Shown piece after piece: positions 1 to 7,088 of a stretch of 64,000 bases of DNA (its first letter is position 1; each line of letters begins with the position of its first letter). The stretch is from positions 320,001-384,000 of the forward strand of contig JALVYU010000026.1 in the NCBI GenBank assembly GCA_027022365.1. Reading direction: 5' to 3'. This DNA is from Desulfurococcales archaeon. GTDB taxonomy: Archaea; Thermoproteota; Thermoprotei_A; Sulfolobales; Desulfurococcaceae. Made by a program: the position numbers and the translations under genes. The notes beneath the pieces were generated by a model, which saw nothing but the letters and a program-made list of their open reading frames with translations, did not search any database and was not told where the DNA came from.

Positions 1-450
1 AATCCTGAGGTCGTCACGTACTTTGTATTGATGAAATAATGGGATAAGCGTGGCCGGATCCGTAGCTGATATTATTGCACCGTATAGGAAACCAGCTATG
101 AATGGAAGATGGAAAACATAGGAGAAAAACAGTCCTGCAAGCACTGCAGTAATGATTAATCCAAGCGTATCAAGAGTGCCTATCGTCGGTAAATGTTTTT
201 TTAGAATATACCATTTTAGATTATGTCCTTCCGTAAACAGTATTATTACTAGGCCGAAAACTCTTACGTAATCAAATAACTTCCTGGCGAGATCAGTGTT
301 TACAACATTTAGGACAGGCCCGAATAGAAGACCTAATATTATGAAAACGAAGATATATGAGAGTTTCGCCTTACGACTTATTAGATATGAAGTTACACCG
401 AGGAGGAGCACCAGAGCGAGTGTAAACACCAGCTCATCGATATCAGCCAT
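1..450 (-). CDS. nhaP: CPA1/NhaP-type Na+/H+ antiporter, N-terminal 150 aa (continues off the left edge)
   Basis: Manual translation from ATG at 450: MADIDELVFTLALVLL...VFGLVIILFTEGHNL...GAIISATDPATLIPLF. Contains the NhaP TDP motif and is hydrophobic. Not in the ORF track. Confidence 0.85.
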   Translation of the reverse strand, partial: MADIDELVFTLALVLLLGVTSYLISRKAKLSYIFVFIILGLLFGPVLNVVNTDLARKLFDYVRVFGLVIILFTEGHNLKWYILKKHLPTIGTLDTLGLIITAVLAGLFFSYVFHLPFIAGFLYGAIISATDPATLIPLFHQYKVRDDLRI

Positions 451-633
451 TGCTATCGTCTCCGTCGTTTTATTCTGTCACTAACTACATAGTCGATTAT
501 CATCCACTCTTTCTGTCCGTTATTTAAGATATTACAAGTTTATTTTAAAATAATCGGCTTATTTGTTGTATTTCGATATCCAAAAATTGATACAATTATT
601 TATACAATATTATAAGGAAAAATACTAGTTATC

Positions 634-1749
634 TTAGTAAAATACATATTTAGGACTTATATTTATACCGAGTTCTTCCAGTTTCGTATAGAGCATGCTT
701 AGAGCTTCCCAGTCGGAGCGCAACTGCTTAGGTGGGTGTTTGAAGAAGGGAGCGGATGCCCAGTAGGGTGATCCGTGTATTCCTCTTTCTTTGAGGGCTT
801 TGGCTATTCTGATTACGTCTGCAAGCACCGCTGCCGCCATGGATTTATCATCAACGACTAGCTTGACATCAATTGTTAGCCTTGCTCCTCCATAACTTAT
901 TGCTTCGAGATACATGTAGGCTATCTTGGTATTTCCCAGAAACTCGACATAGCCGCTGGGCCCAGCATAGATATACTTCTTTATCGCGTCCGGGTCAGGT
1001 TGAGTTGATGCTACCGCCATTGTCTTACTTATTTTCTTAGAGGTTAGGCGTGATGGATCCAGCATGTTTAGGAAATCCGTGTTTCCACCTACGTTTAACT
1101 GGTAGCTCTTTACTAGTTTGCACCCTCTCATGGATAGTAGTGATGCAATGGCTCTATGTAGAATGGTTGCACCTAACTGTCCCTTGATGTCATCGCCGAG
1201 CACTAGTGTTTTGTTATCCTTAAAGATGGACACGTATTTTTTGTCGCTGGCGATAAATTCTGGTATGCAATTAATGAAGGAAACACCAGCCTTTGCAGCG
1301 GCTTTGGCGTAGAATCTAGTGGCTTCGCTACTGCCTACGGGCAATAGATTTACTAGGACATCAACATTATTCTCCTCTAGCTCCTTTACAATTTCGTCAG
1401 CAGTTGGTTCAGGTTGTGATGATGGCTTAAACACATTGACCATATGTGGGGCGACTCCATCAAGTATTTTACCCATTCTTACAATAACGTTCTTACACCT
1501 TAGCTCGTCTGGATCAACGAGTTTCGGCACAACATTCGGGTATTCATAGATAGCTTGATTAAGCGGCTTTCCTACCTTGTTTTCCGATATATCTATTGCA
1601 TATACGACGTTAATATCATCAATTCGCATTCCGTCGATTACTGTGTGCATTACGCCAGTGTACTCGTTTGATTTTCTATAGTATTCTATTGATTGTATGA
1701 GCATTGAGGCTATATTACCTACTCCAATGATTCCGACGTTTACAGTCAT
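634..1749 (-). CDS. ino1: myo-inositol-1-phosphate synthase
   Basis: GIIGVGNIAS Rossmann motif, GDDIKGQLGAT, QLNVGGNTDFLN, SKKISKT. Confidence 0.92.
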   Translation of the reverse strand: MTVNVGIIGVGNIASMLIQSIEYYRKSNEYTGVMHTVIDGMRIDDINVVYAIDISENKVGKPLNQAIYEYPNVVPKLVDPDELRCKNVIVRMGKILDGVAPHMVNVFKPSSQPEPTADEIVKELEENNVDVLVNLLPVGSSEATRFYAKAAAKAGVSFINCIPEFIASDKKYVSIFKDNKTLVLGDDIKGQLGATILHRAIASLLSMRGCKLVKSYQLNVGGNTDFLNMLDPSRLTSKKISKTMAVASTQPDPDAIKKYIYAGPSGYVEFLGNTKIAYMYLEAISYGGARLTIDVKLVVDDKSMAAAVLADVIRIAKALKERGIHGSPYWASAPFFKHPPKQLRSDWEALSMLYTKLEELGINISPKYVFY

Positions 1750-1824
1750 CTTTTATCTCCATTAATATTTATGGTTAAAAATATAGGTTAAAAACTATAA
1801 AACCTTTATGAAGAGAACTAATGT

Positions 1825-2166
1825 GTGACCACAATGAGCGATAATACTCCAAAACCGTTCAAAAGACTTGTCAAGAAGCTAACTATTGAAAACCTATGGC
1901 TTTATGTGCTGAAATACATGATCACTAAAAATGAGCCGGTTAAGGCATATGAGGTTGTACGTTATATTAGGAATACACTTCCATATAAGCCAGCAACAGT
2001 TACTGTTTACACTGTTATATACCGTCTGTCATATGAAGGTTTAATAGAACAAATAAAGAGGGGCGGTGAGACGCTATATAGGATAAGCGATAAGGGAAGA
2101 AGTGCTTTTACGAATGCTATAAATTTCATAAGGTATATCCTAGATCTACTTGGGAAAGACGTTTAG
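1825..2166 (+). CDS. PadR-family winged-helix regulator, divergent from ino1
   Basis: ENLWLYVL...AYEV...TVYTVIYRLSYEGLI...YRISDKGR wHTH pattern. Confidence 0.75.
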   Translation: MTTMSDNTPKPFKRLVKKLTIENLWLYVLKYMITKNEPVKAYEVVRYIRNTLPYKPATVTVYTVIYRLSYEGLIEQIKRGGETLYRISDKGRSAFTNAINFIRYILDLLGKDV

Positions 2167-2752
2167 CTACACCAAACTATACCGTTTTCTTAGAGAAAAA
2201 TGGGGCGCAAAGTCATTGAAGCTGAAAATATTTGGTGGAAAAAATAAGGAGAAGGAAGAACTACCCGAAGACATACGAGCGCTCATTAAACAATATGCTG
2301 AAAGGCATCATATTAATTATCTCCAAGCATTAAAGGAACTCATCCAAAAAGGGCTGAGATATTCTGAGCTTGAAAGACAATACGGCAAAGACGTTGATAG
2401 CAGGGAATTATGGGATAAAAGATTCTATTACCTAAAGATAGAGTCCGGCTACCTATACTATAGGCTTAGATTAAAGGAAGTAATCGATGAATTGAAGACA
2501 CTTGCGATAAGATTCGCGGGAGTACTGGGGAGTCTTGAAACATGCTATAAACAATGTATGAGCTCTGAGGCTCTTGAGGTAGAACTGAAGAAATTAGCTG
2601 ATTTAAAAGAATTTATTCGCTACTATCTTGAAACATACGTTATAACGGTCAATAAAGAACTCGAAGAGAAAAAATATGCAGATGATAAAGAGATAATAAA
2701 ATTCGTCGAAAAAACACTAGAGAAATACAAGAGATATTTTATGAAGGAGTAA
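2150..2752 (+). CDS. hypothetical protein (helical; true start may lie downstream)
   Basis: 200-aa ORF with host-like composition. Confidence 0.6.
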   Translation: MGKTFSYTKLYRFLREKWGAKSLKLKIFGGKNKEKEELPEDIRALIKQYAERHHINYLQALKELIQKGLRYSELERQYGKDVDSRELWDKRFYYLKIESGYLYYRLRLKEVIDELKTLAIRFAGVLGSLETCYKQCMSSEALEVELKKLADLKEFIRYYLETYVITVNKELEEKKYADDKEIIKFVEKTLEKYKRYFMKE

Positions 2753-2870
2753 TCCAGTTAAACTAGACAAAGTATGCCTAGTTCATTATGATTAAGAATA
2801 CCTATTTTTATTAGAGAATTTAGACAGACTAATAAGTGGCATCAACAATTCTTTAATGAGGTGGAAGTGA

Positions 2871-3266
2871 ATGTTATCAATGCTGTCATTTTACGCACTA
2901 GGGGTAAACACGACGGGAAACACGACTTCGGCCGCGCTACCTGATTTCATATACTCAGCGTTATCGAACCCTAATGTCGCAATAGCAATTATTATCGAGA
3001 TTGCAATGGGGATAGCGCTAGGCTACGTTATGGCTAAAATGGCGAAATACATCGTCGCATTTATCGCGATTTTAATAATCGGCGCCGTGCTGAACATATG
3101 GAGTCTGGGAGGAAGCATACAGGACTTCCTGACAAAACTAGGAATGACCGCTGCCGAACTTAAGAACGTCATACTCGGGTTCTTGGGAACACTAGGCCTG
3201 CTGATGGTAGGGCCTGTAACGCTGGGGTTCTTAATAGGCATAGTAATCGGATTAATGAAGAAGTAG
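2871..3266 (+). CDS. small membrane protein
   Basis: About three hydrophobic helices; GAGGTGG SD upstream. Confidence 0.7.
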   Translation: MLSMLSFYALGVNTTGNTTSAALPDFIYSALSNPNVAIAIIIEIAMGIALGYVMAKMAKYIVAFIAILIIGAVLNIWSLGGSIQDFLTKLGMTAAELKNVILGFLGTLGLLMVGPVTLGFLIGIVIGLMKK

Positions 3267-3356
3267 TTCGCAATATAGTTTTGCTACTTTTTCTACATAA
3301 CAGCTATATTAGCTATTTTATCTTAGAAAGACATTTCTAATACTGGGTGGTCTGAG

Positions 3357-3806
3357 ATGATTAATAAAGAGAAGTTTGAATTCCTTGATCATCCAGCTGA
3401 TGTTTATATAAAAGCATATGGTGCAAGTCTACCGGAACTCTATGAAAACGCGGGGCTAGCATTGTTTGAGACTATGACTGATACTACCCTAGTAGAGCCG
3501 TTGAAAAAGTTTAGTATAGAGGCTGAGGGCTTCGATCTCGAGAACTTGCTATATAGATGGTTAGAGGAGTTGCTCTACGTATATTATAGCCATAATGTGA
3601 TGTGTAGCCGAGTAATAGTAGAAAGGATCGAGATTACAAGGCGGGAGGACTGCTTCATGTACACTATTAAGGGAGCATGTTATGGAGAAGAATTTGATCC
3701 GAGAAAACATGAAGCGCGCGTTGAAGTTAAAGCAGTAACATATCATTTAATGAAAATAATTAAGGACGAAGAGGGGTGGAAAGCCTATTTCGTTCTTGAT
3801 ATATGA
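3357..3806 (+). CDS. archease (RtcB tRNA-ligase cofactor)
   Basis: FEFLDHPADV...EVKAVTYH...FVLDI signature. Confidence 0.93.
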   Translation: MINKEKFEFLDHPADVYIKAYGASLPELYENAGLALFETMTDTTLVEPLKKFSIEAEGFDLENLLYRWLEELLYVYYSHNVMCSRVIVERIEITRREDCFMYTIKGACYGEEFDPRKHEARVEVKAVTYHLMKIIKDEEGWKAYFVLDI

Positions 3807-4405
3807 TTATCTATCGAGCTTAAAAACTCGGCTATTTTAACAGAGCATCTTTCACAATAATACATTGTCTTATAATCAACCTCAAAGACAGAGTTGCTGA
3901 AGCTCATAACACATTTAGGATTATTACAGTGCCCGAGACCTAGTAAATGCCCTAATTCATGAAGAATTTCTTTCGTCACGCGCTCGACGTAGAGATCATA
4001 CCTTTTGCCAGCATATTCACTAGCAGAATAAAATATCGGATCAAGCCTTTGAGCGGATACAAAAGCTATGCCTCTAGATGGAGAGGCCTCCCCAAACACG
4101 AAGTTAAGGCCTTCATCATAAGCATCTATGTATCCGACACCAATAACGAAAACACAGCCATCCCTAAGATCCCGAAATATCTCCGCGAGATAATCGAGTA
4201 TACACGGCCCAACATACTGTCTCCTAGACCAATCAAAACAAGACATCGGAAGCTTCAGGACCTCAGGCCATACCTCCACATCAATATACGGCGAAATACT
4301 GCTCAGGACCCCATATACATTCCTACGCCAATCCTCAATAAAATCAAAGACAAAACATCTAGTCAGCGGCACAATCAGTACCCTACTCCTCATTCCAGCC
4401 ATCAC
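3785..4405 (-). CDS. amzA: archaemetzincin (Zn metalloprotease)
   Basis: HELGHLLGLGHCNNPKCVMSFSNS...YCERC. Confidence 0.92.
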   Translation of the reverse strand: MMAGMRSRVLIVPLTRCFVFDFIEDWRRNVYGVLSSISPYIDVEVWPEVLKLPMSCFDWSRRQYVGPCILDYLAEIFRDLRDGCVFVIGVGYIDAYDEGLNFVFGEASPSRGIAFVSAQRLDPIFYSASEYAGKRYDLYVERVTKEILHELGHLLGLGHCNNPKCVMSFSNSVFEVDYKTMYYCERCSVKIAEFLSSIDNHISRTK

Positions 4406-4522
4406 TTCACATACCTATGTGTAGAATAGTGCCGCCGCGGGGATTTGAACCCCGGACAACCCGGTCTTCAGCTTCGCCGGATCACCCGTGCCAGGAGCCA
4501 ATATTTTCTTTTATGGCTACTG

Positions 4523-4537
4523 CTTATATATTTTATC
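4523..4537 (-). promoter_or_regulatory. BRE/TATA-like element (GATAAAA-TATATAAG) inside the intervening sequence
   Basis: TATATAAG ends 24 nt upstream of the first G of the 3'-half complementary leader (4499), which is canonical archaeal spacing. Confidence 0.55.
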
Positions 4538-5083
4538 CACTTTGACACCTGTGCTACCCCATAGATTGCTAGCTTGTACGCCTTATCTGATTTCCGTATA
4601 TGTGAATTAATACCGTAATTTTGCACAAGTATAGATTTTACCTGATAAAGCAAAGCTACGCTTTTGCTTGTGATCTCTATGGTTGGGTACTCTTCTACAT
4701 CAGGCTTCCTAGTATAGAATATTGTTCAGTCAGTATCAAATATCCCCCTAATTAACATATTAACATACTCGTTTTTTACCAATTCCCGCGGAATTGTTAT
4801 TATTGAGCTCTTCTTACCGGTCGGGAATCCTAGTTGTTTAAAGATGTTAAATAATTGTTTTGACTTGAATTCTATTCGGTAGGCTTTTGAACGGTATTTT
4901 ATTTTTGGTCTCTTGCCAATAATTTTTTCTATAAGTCTTGATATATGGAGCGTGTATTCGTAATCTCCTTCAGCTATCGAGAAGAAGTATTTACAGTTTT
5001 TACTATGATATAGTGATCCATCTCCAATCATTATTCCATAGAATTCCATAAACTCCTTAGTGTTAATTATGCTAGCCGTATTA

Positions 5084-5098
5084 GAAAAAAGAGAAGAA
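5084..5098 (-). terminator. U-rich terminator-like tract downstream of the tRNA 5' half and its complementary trailer
   Basis: TTCTTCTCTTTTTTC on the minus strand, about 20-35 nt after the trailer. Confidence 0.45.
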
Positions 5099-5314
5099 CA
5101 AGTATTAGAGGCAGAAAGGCTCCTGGCACGGGCGTCCACGGGCGCTCTCCCGGGCTGAGCTACGGCGGCATCGCTTACTAACATATTAATGTTACTGGTT
5201 TATTAGTTTTTATGGAGTGGTCAATTATTTGTACTCCTTTCAACATTTATTATGTATGGCTAGGAATGTCTACGTTAAAGCTATGGGGCTACCTTGTCTT
5301 GGGGGTGATCTTAT

Positions 5315-6022
5315 ATGATGGCTGTGATCCTTGCTGGTGGTTTCGGTAAAAGACTAAGACCTTATACGGAGGAAATACCTAAGCCTCTCGTTAGAGTAGC
5401 CGATAAGCCTATTCTGGAGCACCAAATAGAGTGGCTCAAACAGTATGGGTTCAACGAGTTTGTCCTACTAGTAGGCTACAGAAAAGAAAAGATAATCGAG
5501 CACATCGGTAGCGGCGGTAGATTGGGTGTTAAGGTAACCTATGTTGTGGAGGACGAGCCCCTAGGGACTGGGGGCGCGATAAAAAACGCTGAACACATAC
5601 TCTCCAAGGAGGATAAGTTCCTAGTGATAAATGGAGATATATTGACAAACCTCAACCCTCTAAAGCTATTCGAAAGACTAGAGAATGAGCCGAGACTTGT
5701 AGGTGTCATAGCAAGCATACCACTGCCAAGCCCATACGGAGTACTGGAGATCAAGGACGGAAAAGTCGTAGGCTTCGTCGAGAAACCCAGGCTCCAGGAC
5801 TACTGGATCAACGCAGGAGTATACGCCCTCAGACCAGAAGCGCTGAAATACTTCCCAGAACGCGGCGACCTAGAACGAACAGCGTTCCCAGCAATGGCTA
5901 GAGACGGCGTCCTAGGGGCAGTAAAATACACCGAGATATTTTGGAAGAGCATAGACACATACAAGGACCTCGAAGAAGCAACCAAGATAATAATCAAGAT
6001 GGGCGGTAAAATACAAGGATGA
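5315..6022 (+). CDS. NDP-sugar pyrophosphorylase / nucleotidyltransferase
   Basis: AVILAGGFGKRLRPYT...PKPL...EPLGTGGAI...NGD...EKP. Confidence 0.9.
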   Translation: MMAVILAGGFGKRLRPYTEEIPKPLVRVADKPILEHQIEWLKQYGFNEFVLLVGYRKEKIIEHIGSGGRLGVKVTYVVEDEPLGTGGAIKNAEHILSKEDKFLVINGDILTNLNPLKLFERLENEPRLVGVIASIPLPSPYGVLEIKDGKVVGFVEKPRLQDYWINAGVYALRPEALKYFPERGDLERTAFPAMARDGVLGAVKYTEIFWKSIDTYKDLEEATKIIIKMGGKIQG

Positions 6023-6026
6023 TTTT

Positions 6027-6086
6027 TCAGATTTTCCGGCTATCATCACCGCCCTTCTCGGGCTCAAGAGACCCTCTTATCATCAT
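6027..6086 (-). ncRNA. box C/D sRNA candidate with an internal hairpin
   Basis: ATGATGA-12nt-TTGA-GCCCGAGAAGGGC-GTGATGA-12nt-CTGA; TTTTTAGG about 25 nt upstream. Confidence 0.8.
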
Positions 6087-6150
6087 CAATGATAATACAT
6101 GGGTAAGTAAACCTAAAAACCCCGCCTATAATCCATAAAAACATGGATAC

Positions 6151-6229
6151 GCGGCGGTCGTCTAGCCTGGACTAGGACGCCGGCCCCCCAAGCCGGAGAT
6201 CCCGGGTTCAAATCCCGGCCGCCGCACCA
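6151..6229 (+). tRNA. tRNA-Gly(CCC), CCA encoded, C at position 33
   Basis: GCGGCGGTCGTCTAGCCTGGACTAGGACG CCGGC CCCCCAA GCCGG...GGTTCAAATCCC...GCCGCACCA. Confidence 0.93.
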
Positions 6230-6364
6230 CTTTTCATCAACAATTGTAGATCTTGTTAGAAAGATATGAAAACATTATCCATTGTTACACAATTTATATT
6301 CTATTCAATACATGGTTTCTTAAAAAGAGAACCTTATGAAGCATTGATGTATCACGTAGAATTA

Positions 6365-6453
6365 TGGCGCCGGGGGCGGGATTCGAACCCGCGCGGGCCC
6401 CGTGGCCCACTGGCTCTCAAGGCCAGCCCCTTAGGCCGCTCGGGCACCCCGGC
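6365..6453 (-). tRNA. tRNA-Ser(TGA), CCA encoded
   Basis: Anticodon arm CTGGC CTTGAGA GCCAG, long variable arm, G73. Confidence 0.95.
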
Positions 6454-6491
6454 GCCTGTTTATATGGATTTGTTCTCTGGGCTTATATTTG

Positions 6492-7088
6492 CTATTTTCG
6501 TCGGAATATTAGTATTGTGTAGCCTTTCCGGGAGATGTTCTTAACTACTTCTATGTCCTTTCTCGTGTTTAGCTTGCTGATATAGTAGTTTGCCCCTCTT
6601 GCTAAGACGAATTCTGCGTATCCTCCTTTCTTTAGGTGTTCTATGCTTCCAATAATTATTTCTTCGACAATTTCTTTACCAGCTGATATTGGTGGGTTGC
6701 TTATTATCATATCGAATATCATGCCCTTTACGGGCTCGTATACGTTGCCCTGGAGAACCCTGACTCGTTCCTCGACACCATTTAGCCTTACATTATATTT
6801 CGCTATTTTAACGGCGACAGGATTTATATCTACCATGTATATCTGCAACTTAGGATAGGCCTTAGCAAGACTTATTCCTATGACTCCGTACCCGCATCCA
6901 ATATCCAGTACTGTGCCCTCCTCAACGATTATGGCGTGTTCGAGCAACAGTTTTGTGCCTAGATCTACCTTGTTGCCTGAGAATAGGCTAGAATAAGTGA
7001 CAAATTCTAGTGTAACCCCCTTATAGACGAACGAAATAACCTGTTTCTTCCCCAGCCTATATTTGTTGGGCCTAAAATAATGTGTCAT
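6492..7088 (-). CDS. class I SAM-dependent methyltransferase (RsmC/MTS-like)
   Basis: VDLGTKLL, VLDIGCGYG, ISNPP. Confidence 0.88.
   Translation of the reverse strand: MTHYFRPNKYRLGKKQVISFVYKGVTLEFVTYSSLFSGNKVDLGTKLLLEHAIIVEEGTVLDIGCGYGVIGISLAKAYPKLQIYMVDINPVAVKIAKYNVRLNGVEERVRVLQGNVYEPVKGMIFDMIISNPPISAGKEIVEEIIIGSIEHLKKGGYAEFVLARGANYYISKLNTRKDIEVVKNISRKGYTILIFRRK

Larger units (their letters stand above)
4473..5138 (-). mobile_element. 666-nt BHB-type intervening sequence in tRNA-Phe carrying a LAGLIDADG endonuclease ORF
   Basis: hBHBh' motif: A23G24/C32U33, central helix CGCC/GGCG, bulges CG|U and AA|G, intron helix GGA/UCC. It is followed by a 15-bp perfect duplex CCCGTGCCAGGAGCC (5132-5118) / GGCTCCTGGCACGGG (4499-4485). 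Confidence 0.9.
4468..5139 (-). pseudogene. double-motif LAGLIDADG homing endonuclease with one in-frame TGA (4728-4726) at the Gly of motif 2
   Basis: Motif 1 EFYGIMIGDGSL; motif 2 LIRGIFDTD*TIF. The frame stays open after the TGA (TIFYTRKPDVEEYPTIEITSKSVALLYQVKSIL...) and joins ORF 4468..4653. Confidence 0.88.
4430..5169 (-). tRNA. tRNA-Phe(GAA), interrupted at 30/31. 5' exon 5169-5139, 3' exon 4472-4430, CCA not encoded
   Basis: The exons join to GCCGCCGTAGCTCAGCCCGGGAGAGCGCCCG|GCTGAAGACCGGGTTGTCCGGGGTTCAAATCCCCGCGGCGGCA, a perfect cloverleaf with anticodon stem CCCGG/CCGGG. Confidence 0.95.

Noticed and set aside
443-506. Possible C/D sRNA (TGGATGA...GTGA...CTGA, minus strand) over the nhaP start
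   Set aside because: No convincing C' box and no assignable targets; the CTGA is explained by codons 2-3 of nhaP.
3357-3806. Functional link between archease and the neighbouring tRNA intron
   Set aside because: Archease is a core gene and is convergently oriented; adjacency alone is not evidence.
4726-4728. TGA read as selenocysteine or evidence of an alternative genetic code
   Set aside because: The position is a conserved Gly, not Cys, and TGA is used as an ordinary stop by many genes in the window.
4430-5169. Integrated virus/plasmid (att-site duplication) or group I intron explanation
   Set aside because: No duplicated tRNA segment and no integrase. The ends are inverted repeats forming a BHB, and the ORF fills the element with no visible ribozyme core.
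5140-5184. ORF-track start of the endonuclease (MLVSDAAVAQPGRAP)
   Set aside because: This segment is the tRNA 5' exon and its leader read in frame; it is unlikely to be protein-coding.
6266-6544. 92-aa ORF on the plus strand
   Set aside because: It is an antisense shadow of tRNA-Ser.
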